A DNA stretch of 64,000 nucleotides. Source: Phallusia mammillata (taxonomy: Eukaryota). The stretch is from the NCBI GenBank assembly GCA_965637545.1, contig OZ281499.1:13950001-14014000 (forward strand), given 5' to 3'. The position numbers and the translations under genes are program-made. The notes below the pieces were generated by a model. It was not told where the DNA came from. It saw only the letters and a list, made by a program, of their open reading frames with translations, and made no database searches. This document shows positions 12,078 through 22,020 of this stretch, one piece after another. Every line of letters starts with the position of its first letter. Within the stretch, counting starts at the first letter, position 1.

Positions 12078-13661
12078 TTGGTGTACGCATTGGTTCAAGA
12101 TTCATTAAGTTGTAACTTAAAAATAATAAATTTCTCGAAGAAGAAAACTGGGGTCTCAGTTGGTCTTCCAAACAAGTTTAATAACTGCTGGATGAATTCT
12201 GTACTGCAGGGTATACAAAGTATATTTGTAGATTTACCGAGTGTTTTAATTGATTGTAACGATCTAAATGGGAGAGTTGCGAACGTAATTTGCGACCTCC
12301 GACGAGGGAAAGTGGAAGAGGCAGCTTACCTTCGGTTAGTCCGCGATATGTGTTGTCATCTTGGTTGGGTTCTCGGCCAACACCAAGATGCAAGTGAATT
12401 TTTGCAAATCTTTGATTTCAATTATGTTTTGAAAGGTTGTAATTTAGATTGTACGTTTCAGCTACATATAACAAAAACGTGTAAGTCATGTGACCAACAA
12501 TCTAATATTCTTCATAAACAATCGGTTTTAGCTTTGCCAGTTTTTGAAACAATTCCAGATAATAGCAATATAAATGCATACTGTGAAGAGAAATTTCGTG
12601 GCGTGAAGTTAGGTTTTTGTGCTAGTTGCAACTTGGAAAAGGAAATCGTTTTTGAATCACACCTAGAAAATGTATCAGATATTTTGTGCGTTGTTTTGCA
12701 TAGAAACATAACAGGCCAAAAAACAACCAAACGCGTAAAAGCCACACAATTGTTGTCGTTTAAATCCGCTTCAGAAGAGTATGTTTACCAGTTAATGTCT
12801 GTTGTTGTTCACGTCGGAACGAAAGTTGATTCTGGGCATTACATTACCTACAAAATTAATGGCGATAAAATAACTGAACTTAACGATTTGGTAGTAAAAG
12901 ACATGTTTTGGGACTCTGTTGAGGAAAATATTTCCACAGGATCTTGTATTTTGTTTTATCGAAAAAAATCAGTGAATGCACTTTGTAAAGATCAATCCTC
13001 TGAAAGTGACGAGGGTGATCAAACGATTAAAGTAGTCCCTAGAAAGCGTCGTCGTATGGACGCATCAGCCGTTGTCACTACGGAACGAATAGATTATAGG
13101 GACATAGAATTAATGCAGACAGACAGCAAGGGAGAGGTAGTGGCGCTTTCTGGTCCAGAGATACTTGAAGCTTCCGTAGCAGAAGTTTACAAATTTGTCA
13201 ATTGTCAGCTTTTGTCCGCTATGTCAAAGTCGTTTGAGGTCGGCAAACATGAACTTGAGTGTTATCGTTTATGCCTTTTTTCGAAAAACCGTAGAAAGCA
13301 GTTGACCGGTTACAACTTAAGGTCAACTTTGGAAAAAACATCATTGTTAACAGACACGTTTCAAAACCTAATGCGATTTTTAGATTATTCACTTTGTCGA
13401 TTTCGCGTCCGACAACGTCTTATGGGTAAGCAAGTATATAGGGAAACAAGTGTTTGCAAGGAGTTGAAGCCAGAAATAGCCATCCAAGGAAGCATTATTC
13501 ACAGTTTGCTTCAGGTTGAAACATTCGACATATCTTTTTTACCAACAATGTGTTATAAGTTACATGGAAGCAGCCATTTACTACATAATGCATGTCGAAA
13601 GTTTAACGTATATGAAAGCGTCCAAACGAATAGGAATTTCGGCAGTAGCATATGTGAATAA
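12078..13661 (+). CDS. Ubiquitin-specific protease (C19) domain plus unknown C-terminal region; C-terminus of the MULE polyprotein
   Basis: GLPNKFNNCWMNSVLQ (Cys 12186), QHQDASEFL, CKSC..CASC, VVHVGTKVDSGHYITY (His 12837), ELND. 527-aa open frame. Confidence 0.88.
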   Translation: MVYALVQDSLSCNLKIINFSKKKTGVSVGLPNKFNNCWMNSVLQGIQSIFVDLPSVLIDCNDLNGRVANVICDLRRGKVEEAAYLRLVRDMCCHLGWVLGQHQDASEFLQIFDFNYVLKGCNLDCTFQLHITKTCKSCDQQSNILHKQSVLALPVFETIPDNSNINAYCEEKFRGVKLGFCASCNLEKEIVFESHLENVSDILCVVLHRNITGQKTTKRVKATQLLSFKSASEEYVYQLMSVVVHVGTKVDSGHYITYKINGDKITELNDLVVKDMFWDSVEENISTGSCILFYRKKSVNALCKDQSSESDEGDQTIKVVPRKRRRMDASAVVTTERIDYRDIELMQTDSKGEVVALSGPEILEASVAEVYKFVNCQLLSAMSKSFEVGKHELECYRLCLFSKNRRKQLTGYNLRSTLEKTSLLTDTFQNLMRFLDYSLCRFRVRQRLMGKQVYRETSVCKELKPEIAIQGSIIHSLLQVETFDISFLPTMCYKLHGSSHLLHNACRKFNVYESVQTNRNFGSSICE

Positions 13662-15044
13662 AATGTAAATTGATACCGTTTTTTTATTGTGTGTATTGAC
13701 ATTCATATATTTTAAAAACACCTAAACCCTGAAATATTGAATAAATTTAAACTGGAGATTGTGTGTTAATTATTTTGCACTGTTTCGGTAAATAAACCAT
13801 GCACATCGATACTGCTGTACATTATATAATTCTCCGACAAACATATATTGAAAGTTCTTTAATCGCGCCAAATTTATTTTATTACCAAGGTTTTCAGCAG
13901 GCTTTGGTCTACATTTCTGCCAATTTTTATTCAATTCTCATTTTCGGAAAGTGTTCAAAAAAAGTTGTAAAACTCAAGGGCTTAGCGGTCACGTCGTAGC
14001 CAAAATGGAGCACATGCTAAATTGTGTAGGTCTCTGACAAAAAGTTATTTTGCTGAAAATTCTTTAATCGCGCCAAATTTATTTTACTGTCAAGGTTTTA
14101 AGCATGCTTTGATCGACATTTCTGCCAATTTTTATTCAATTCTCATTTTCGGAAAGTGTTTAAATTCAGCTTTAAACTTTAAGGTTCCTACTGTTACGTC
14201 ATATAGCCAATGATGCATACATGTTCTGAATGGTATAGGTCTCTGACAAAACGTTATTTTGCGAAAAATTCTTTAATCGCGCCAAATTTATTTTATTACC
14301 AAGGTTTTAAGCATGCTTTGGTCTACATTTCTGCCAATTTTTATTCAATTCTCATTTTCGGAAAGTAAAGACTTAGCCGTCTCGTCACAGCCAAAATGGT
14401 GCACATGCTGAATTGTATAAGTCTCTGACAAAAAGTCATTTTGCTGAAAATTCTTTAATCGCGCCAAATTTATTTTATTACCAAGGTTTTAAGCATGCTT
14501 TGGTTTACATTTCTGCCAACTTTTATTAAATTCTCATTTTCGGAAAGTGTTCAAATTAGGCTTTAAACTTTAAGGTTCCTACTGTTACGTCATATAGCCA
14601 ACAATGCATACACATGCTAAATTGTATGTGTCTGACAAAAAGTTACTTTGCTGAAAATTCTTTAATCGCGCCAAATTTATTTTATTACCAAGGTTTTAAG
14701 CATGCTTTGGTCTACACTTCTGCCAATTTTTATTCAATTCTCATTTTCGGAAAGTGTTTAGATTAGGCTTTAAATGTTAGGGGCCTACTGTTACGTCATA
14801 GCCAATAATGCATATACATGCTGAATTGTATAGGTGTCTGACAAAAAGTTACTTTGCTGAAAATTCTTTAATCGCGCCAAATTTATTTTATTACCAAGGT
14901 TTTAAGCATGCTTTGGTCTACACTTCTGCCAATTTTTATTCAATTCTCATTTTTGGAAAGTGTTTAAATTCAGCTTTAAACTTTAAGGTTCCTACTGTTA
15001 CGTCATATAGCCAATGATGCATACATATTCTGAATGGTATAGGT

Positions 15045-15969
15045 CAGGGGCGGGCAACTTCTACAGTCGGCGGGCCTGATATGGGAAAATGAAGTACTTG
15101 GCGGGCCGGATTCCTGAATCGATACATTAATCGCGTATTTATCCAATGATTTAAAACGGATTTTTGACCACCTAAACCAGGGGTGGGGAACCTTTTCGTT
15201 TATAAAAGCTACCTAACGATTTATCGACACTCGTGTAGGCCGCATAGACTATTTCCCAGGCCAAGGGCAGTGAGGTTCAAACTTTTTGACTTACACAATG
15301 GTCGTTTTGCTATTTCCTCGTAGTTTGTAGGACTTACGGTCCCAGCTAATTAAAATTCCTCACTACATTTTCATCTTCACTACAACATTCAGGATTTATT
15401 TAACCTAGAAATTGCTGAACCTGGAGTTTTTGGTAGTCCTAACTATGGAAATCGCTTTATGTACCACTATGGGACCACATGGGTCTTGTTTGAAAACCGC
15501 TGCCCTGGAACTAATCAAAAAATAATCTGCAATAAAGTCAAAAATACGTTTCTGTCTATTTTTTTCAGCGCCTGGTGCAGTCGGTTATATCAACATCTTA
15601 AAAATGTATTTTGCCATCGAAGGCCGCACTTAGTGCCCTGAAAGACCGCATGTGGCCTTTAGGCCGCAGGTTCCCCACCCCTGCCTGAACTAGGCTATAC
15701 GTGTGGAAACAAAGAAAACCGTTAAAGTAGGACACACACGGTTGGTAGTTATGTCGTAACAATGGACGTATGGTGCAATGGTAACAACGGCGGGAAATTT
15801 TTTTGCTATTGGGGAGCGTTACTGTGCGTTACAACTGTAATTTGACGTAGTAAGCAAGTAATGGGGGATTGCGGCAGACTGTGGCCGCGGGCCACATTAT
15901 CATGTAAGACCGGAAACTGTCCGCGGGCCGCTCAAAATCCCGTCGCGGGCCGTATGTTGCCCACCCCTG
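15045..15969. mobile_element. hAT MITE inserted in the satellite
   Basis: TIRs CAGGGGCGGGCAAC / GTTGCCCACCCCTG; TSD GTATAGGT at 15037-15044 and 15970-15977. Confidence 0.92.
15178..15683. mobile_element. hAT MITE nested in the previous MITE
   Basis: TIRs CAGGGGTGGGGAACC / GGTTCCCCACCCCTG; degenerate flanks CCTAAAC / CCTGAAC. Confidence 0.85.
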
Positions 15970-18434
15970 GTATAGGTCTCTGACAAAACGTTATTTTGCG
16001 AAAAATTCTTTAATCGCGCCAAATTTATTTTATTACCAAGGTTTTAAGCATGCTTTGGTCTACATTGCTGCCAATTTTTATTCAATTCTCATTTTCGGAA
16101 AGTGTTCAAAAAAAGTTGTAAAACTCAAGGGCTTAGCGGTCACGTCGTAGCCAAAATGGAGCACATGCTAAATTGTGTAGGTCTCTGAAAAAAGTTATTT
16201 TGCTGAAAATTCTTTAATCGCGCCAAATTTATTTTACTGTCAAGGTTTTAAGCATGCTTTGATCGACATTTCTGCCAATTTTTATTCAATTCTCATTTTT
16301 GGAAAGTGTTTAAATTCAGCTTTAAACTTTAAGGTTCCTACTGTTACGTCATATAGCCAATGATGCATACATATTCTGAATGGTATAGGTCTCTGACAAA
16401 ACGTTATTTTGCGAAAAATTCTTTAATCGCGCCAAATTTATTTTATTACCAAGGTTTTAAGCATGCTTTGGTCTGCATTTCTGCCAATTTTTATTCAATT
16501 CTCATTTTCGGAAAGTAAAGACTTAGCCGTCTCGTCACAGCCAAAATGGTGCACATGCTAAATTGTATAAGTCTCTGACAAAAAGTCATTTTGCTGAAAA
16601 TTCTTTAATCGCGCCAAATTTATTTTATTACCAAGGTTTTAAGCATGCTTTGGTTTACATTTCTGCCAACTTTTATTAAATTCTCATTTTCGGAAAGTGT
16701 TCAAATTAGGCTTTAAACTTTAAGGTTCCTACTGTTACGTCATATAGCCAACAATGCATACACATGCTAAATTGTATGTGTCTGACAAAAAGTTACTTTG
16801 CTGAAAATTCTTTAATCGCGCCAAGTTTATTTTATTACCAAGGTTTTAAGCATGCTTTGGTCTACACTTCTGCCAATTTTTATTCAATTCTCATTTTCGG
16901 AAAGTGTTTAGATTAGGCTTTAAATATTAGGGGCCTACTGTTACGTCATATAGCCAACAATGCATACACATGCTGAATTGTATAGGTGTCTGACAAAAAG
17001 TTACTTTGCTGAAAATTCTTTAATCGCGCCAAATTTATTTTATTACCAAGGTTTTAAGCATGCTTTGGTCTACACTTCTGCCAATTTTTATTCAATTCTC
17101 ATTTTCGGAAAGTGTTTGAAAAAAGTTGTAAACTCAAGGGCTTAGCCGTCACGTCACAGCCAAAATGGTGCACATGCTAAATTAAATAGGTCTCTGGCCA
17201 TAAGTTATTTTGCTGAAAATTCTTTAATCGCAAATTTATTTTATTACCAAGGTTTTAAGCATGCTTTGGTCTACATTTCTGCCAGTTTTTATAGAATTCT
17301 CATTTTCGGAAAGTGTTTAAAATCAGTTGTAAAATTCAAGGGCTTAGCCGTTACTTCACAGACAAAATGGTGCACTTGCTAAATTGTATAGGTCGCTTAA
17401 AAATCATAATTGGAGATCCAGATCAAAACGGTATTTTTTTTTCTATCAAAAAAAAGAAGTTGTTTTTAACATTAAAATATATTAGTTTTTGGAAACACTG
17501 CAGAAAAATATTTCTTCTTTCTCCCTATTTTCATTTCGCCAGAATGACAATCCTCCCGCAGGCATATAGACCTGATAAAAAATGGCCCCCATTAAAAAAA
17601 AGTTTGGACACCCCTGTAGTAGATCATGACCATGAGGATGGAAGTTTAACTAATCTCTCTGTAAAAAAAGAAAAAATCACAGTTTAGCAAATGATCCAGG
17701 TTTGTGGCTTGATTTCTCTGCTGATGATGTGGCTTATTGGATCGCCTGTGGACCCAGTAACGCCAACACCACAATGGACCATTTGAAGTCTTACCGGCGT
17801 TTTAGTAGTGGCAAACCAGTAGTACGGTACTGTTCACAGAAACTGTTTATCGGGACAAAAGTCAATGGTGAAAAATACAAGAGAGAGTGATTACTGTATT
17901 CACTATCAACAGGATCAATTTATTGTTTTGTTTGTAAACTTTTTGCTCCAAAAATATCGCGTATTGTAATTGACAATCATGGGAAAGGCTTCAATCGTCG
18001 AAACTCTCTGTTAACATATTTAACTCGCAGACAAGTTTCGAGGTTGGATTCACAATTGGAGAAACAAATTCAAGATTAGTGTGATTCCTGGGAACATGTC
18101 TTGAGGCGTGTCATAGCTGTTATTTGTACGTTAGCTGAACGCTGCTTGGCTTTTCGGGGATCAGACGACATGTTTGGATCATTGCACAACGGGAATTTTT
18201 TAGGAGTGCTTGAACTCATCAGCCAGTTTAATCCATTTTTAGCAGGCCACATTTCTAAATGTGGAAATTCTGGAAGAGGAAATACTTCTTACTTGTCAAA
18301 ACCACCTGCGAGGAAATTATTGAACTGATGGCACAAAAGGTCCATGCGTTCTTGTTGACGAAGTTAAGTCTTCTGGTTGTTTTAGTCTGTCCGTTAATTA
18401 AACACGAGATCTATCACATATCGATCAGCTAAGG

Positions 18435-18970
18435 CAGCGGTTCTCAACCAGTGGGCCATGGAAGCATTTTAGGTGGGCCACAGACCAATAAGAAAAAGTT
18501 TTTTTAAAGAATTTACTTTCATTTGTGCCACTATACTCAATTTTACAAGAATAATGGTTTGGGAGGAATTGAAAAGGGATGTAAATTTATTTCAATTAAT
18601 CTATTTACGACATAAAGTTACTTTGAGTTTCTGCAACACTTTATGTTTATGATGTAATAAACTACTTTGTGATTACAATGAAGCAGCATAGCAACCGTCC
18701 AATTACTCGGTCATAATTAAAAGTGCTTGATTAAAAGGGAAGCAGAGCCACTGGTTTTGGGTAAAGTACTCTTTTATAAAAAAAAATTGCATCGAGTTAT
18801 TTTGAACTTCTGCATGTGCATGATGTTCAGCAGCAAGCATCCCACTAATGCACGGTGGAATAAATAATTAAATTGGTTTAAAATATGTTTTGCAGTTTTT
18901 GTTTTTTTAACCTATTTTATATATTTTTTTTTCTTGTATAAAAGCTTACTGGGCCACGAAACAAAAAACT
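18435..18970. mobile_element. One-ended hAT MITE remnant
   Basis: Left TIR CAGCGGTTCTCAAC with GGGCCA subterminal motifs. No right TIR seen; the host transposase resumes at HTGEKMANQV. Confidence 0.65.
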
Positions 18971-19805
18971 CACACCGGCGAGAAAATGGCAAACCAAGTG
19001 CTGCAGTACTTATGTGAAACGTGTTTTTAAAATGTAGGGGCCAGTCTTATGACAATGCTGCTAACATGTCAGGGCGTTATAAGTGGATGCTGCAAAAAAT
19101 TTTGGAAACCAACAAGTTTGCTATTTATGTGCCCTGCGCAGCTCATTCGTTAAACCTGGTTGGGCAAAGTGCTGTTGGCTGCTGTCAAAAGGCTGTTAAT
19201 TTCTTCTCTATCGTACAGTTACTCTATACCCTTTTTGCGGCCTCAACCAGCCGAGGGAAAATTCTTAAACGTCGTATCGGAAATGAAAGTTTCTTAAAAT
19301 CCTTTTTTAAGACAAGATGGGAGGCACGTACCATAGCAACAGCAGCAATTTTGAAATCTTTTCCAATAATGTTAGAAGCATTAGAACACATAGCCGAAGA
19401 TCAGTTACAAAACAGGAGACGCAAGAAGAGAAGCAAATAATATTGCAGATAAGATGCAAGAGCTAGAATTCGTTTTTATGTTGAATTTTTGGAATGAGAT
19501 TTTGCAGAATTTTCACAGAGTAAGCAAAGTTCTACACAATGAGGATGTGCACTTAAAAACATGTGCAGATCTGTATGTGTCATTAGCTGACCAATTGTGC
19601 GCTTCACGCGATAAATTTGAAAAATATGCAAAGGAAATGTTACCAGATGTTGATTACAAGGCAGCTACAACTCCCAAAGGTATCAGAAAAACGGTGCCCA
19701 ACGACGGATAGATACCCAAAAGTGCATATGGATACCAGAGATAAATTTCGCAACACCACATTTTATATACTTAGGAACACTATACACGGACTTGAAAAGT
19801 AATTT

Positions 19806-21235
19806 AATCATAAACATTACTGCCAAGGTGCTGGTGTATATAGAATACATCGTTCAGACGTTTCAACAATCTCTGTTGTCAAACGTTTAACGGGTTAAAC
19901 AAGAGGCGTATGAAAAAACTGTTGCATTGGGCCGCTACAACTACCACCTTTCAATTTAACGGACAGTACTATAAGCAGATCGACGGCATTGCGATGGGAT
20001 CACCTATTGCACCTCTGCTAGCAGATGTTTTTATGAACTATGTTGTCGACACCGCTTTAAAATCTACCACGACGGAAAACAACCCTGAGATTCTGTGTCG
20101 TTACGTGGATGACCTTTTTTTGGTTTTTCCTTCTAAACCTGATCTTCATGAGTTTTATAAAAACATAAACTCGGTACATCCCAACATCACCTTCAGCAAA
20201 GAAGAGCTAAGCGGCACCATTCACTTTCTCGACGTTATGGTGGAAAAAAACAAGCAACGGAGTTAAAACCTTTACCTACCGGAAGCCAACCAACACTGGC
20301 CTTTGCACCAAATGGGAAAGCTTCATACCTGCTCGTTATAAGCGGAATTTAGTACTGTGTCTTCTAAACAGGGCCTACGGAATCGCTAATTCATACATAA
20401 TAATGCATGAAGAATTTAAGAAGGTCAAGAAAATGCTTGGAGCGAATGGATATCCCCACAACTTTGTGGACGGGTGTATTAAAGGGTTTCTGAACAAAAA
20501 ACACAAATATTAAACAACGGCTCCAACGAGGAGAGATACGTGGTTGCAAGACTTCCATTTCTCGGTCCAGTGTCTTACAACATTGCGCGTGAATTGGAGC
20601 ATTTTGTTCGTCGAACCAGGGCCAACATCTGCTTACGCCTTATTCATGAAACTAACAAACTTTCACGGTATTTTCCAATAAAAGAGCGCCAGGAACATAT
20701 CAAGAGAACTAACGTTGTTTACCGGTTGGTTTGCAACTGCGTCGCTTCATATATTGGGGAAACGCGACGAAATCTCGCTGTGAGAATCAAAGAACATCGC
20801 ATGGACCAAAAATCAGAAGTGTGTCGGCACATTTTGTCGAATCCGACACATAAAGTTAATTTTGCCGAGCCGGAGATTTTGGACGCAAACCAAGACCGCG
20901 TGAGACTGGTGTTTCTCGAATCGCTTTTTATTCAAAAGCATGACCCCGAGCTCAACATCGACACAGTTTCCATGCCCTTGCGTCTGTTCAACACCTGACC
21001 CATATCTCCAGTTCTTATCTTTTTGTCTACGCCACCGTTCTAAACGCCAGTTCCCTGTTATCGTCTGTGACGTCACTTTACATATCTGGCTTTTACCTTT
21101 TTTTCCTTAGTGCTTTATATACCGTGTTCTACAGCTTGAATGACAACCTACACTGATGATGACAACAGAGATTGTTGAAACGTCTGAACGATGTATTCTA
21201 TATACACCAGCACCTTGGCAGTAATGTTTATGATT
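19806..21235 (+). mobile_element. 5'-truncated Penelope-like retroelement (RT C-terminal half plus GIY-YIG)
   Basis: YKQIDGIAMGSPIAPLLADVFM, RYVDDLF, NVVYRLVC..YIGETRRNL..RIKEH. 76-bp inverted terminal duplication 19806-19881 / 21160-21235. Confidence 0.9.
21150..21190 (+). ncRNA. Candidate minimal type I hammerhead ribozyme in Penelope pLTR
   Basis: CTGATGA(21153-59)-T-GACAA-cagaga-TTGTT-GAAAC-GTC; stem I is weak. Confidence 0.55.
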
Positions 21236-21889
21236 GACAAACTTGTAACTGAGATAAGAAGAAGAGGAGAGATAAACAAACAAATAGCAGAGAGGTTTTC
21301 TTTTCTAACCGATGTGCCATGTGATGGCACTTCATCTAATAACACTAAAAGGTATTCTCAGTGCTGTCTAAAGGTGGTTGATGCTTACCCTAAGGACTTC
21401 AACGCGTTCATTTTCACGGTTGAAGTATATTAAAAATCCCTTCAGAACAGCTATGCGACAAGTCAGTTTGGATGCTCTATCTCTATTATGTATAGAAGCA
21501 GATGTCTTACGTATGGTTAGTTATAAGGATTTAATCAAAGTGTTTGCAAGGAAGAAAAGCAACTGTATTTAAAATATAAGCACACAGAAATAAAACATTA
21601 GGGGCACCAAATTGTTTTAGTGCTTAGGGCCTCTAATAGTGTTAATCCGGCCCTGCATACTGCAGTTTTAAAAAAAGAAACAATATAAATTTTTAGTAAA
21701 ACTACCTGTTTTTTTGAAGGGATTTAATTTTTTTTTAAAGTCCAGTTAACCAAAAATACTTGTCTTAAAAACAAACAAAATACTTACCAAAAATAATAAA
21801 AACTGTTGTTTAGAAACTTATCATATATTAGTTCTGGACTTTTTCAACAGTATTGATTCTGACCTGTCGAAACTCAGCTTTTTCTCAGA

Positions 21890-22020
21890 ATTGGTTGTGA
21901 ACAAACGAATTATGCTTCTTGCAAATGGGTAATGTTTACACAAGCAACATGGAACTGTTGATGACAGCAACAACAAGAAATTAAGTCAGTTGTTACTATT
22001 ACTGCATACTGTGCATGTTG
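21890..22020 (-). pseudogene. Decayed PHD-finger-like remnant
   Basis: With one frameshift the minus strand reads TCTVCSNSN/DLISCCCCHQQFHVACVNITHLQEA*FVCSQP. Confidence 0.45.

Larger units (their letters stand above)
13790..17390 (+). repeat. Right subterminal satellite array, 13 copies of the ~182-209-bp unit with a 6-unit higher-order repeat
   Basis: AATCGC motif at 13861, 14066, 14275, 14457, 14664, 14870, 16012, 16216, 16425, 16607, 16814, 17022, 17226. Confidence 0.93.
4692..17554 (+). mobile_element. 12.9-kb foldback Mutator-like element (FB-NOF/Rehavkus-like)
   Basis: Perfect 25-bp TIR AGGATTGTCATTCTGGCGAAATGAA (4692-4716 / 17530-17554). Flanking CCCGCAGG at 4684-4691 and 17555-17562. 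Inverted satellite arms and a NOF-like DDE core. Confidence 0.85.
79..17616 (+). mobile_element. Charlie/Buster hAT transposon with nested insertions
   Basis: TIRs CAGGGGTGTCCAAA (79) and TTTGGACACCCCTG (ends 17616). Exact 8-bp TSD TAGTAGAT at 71-78 and 17617-17624. Confidence 0.92.
17625..21572 (+). pseudogene. ZMYM1-like hAT transposase, fragmented
   Basis: Motifs LAFRGS..HNGNFLGVLEL, CRGQSYDNAANMSG, YVPCAAHSLNLVG, KTRWEA and C-terminal RSFSRLKYIKNPFRTAM. Stops and frameshifts; interrupted by a MITE and a Penelope element. Confidence 0.85.
1..21655 (+). mobile_element. ZMYM1/Tip100-type hAT transposon, outermost host of block 1 (left end outside window)
   Basis: Right TIR TTAATCCGGCCCTG ends at 21655. 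Removing 79-17624 rejoins an open frame (ITENDLVDHDHED). hAT transposase motifs lie downstream. Confidence 0.75.

Noticed and set aside
12078-13661. USP as a bona fide host gene
   Set aside because: It is intronless, in frame with the Ulp1/transposase after repairing the duplication, and enclosed by the element's TIRs and TSD.
5448-17145. Recurrent 60-76-aa ORFs (..SYFAENSLIAPNLFYYQGF..)
   Set aside because: These are translations of the satellite monomer; frames break between units and there is no coding signal.
4692-17554. Polinton/Maverick interpretation (large size, cysteine protease, possible 6-bp TSD)
   Set aside because: No pPolB, retroviral-type integrase, packaging ATPase or capsid motifs seen; the core is a Mutator-type DDE.
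19806-19881. Third hammerhead in the inverted pLTR copy
   Set aside because: Lacks the CTGATGA core.
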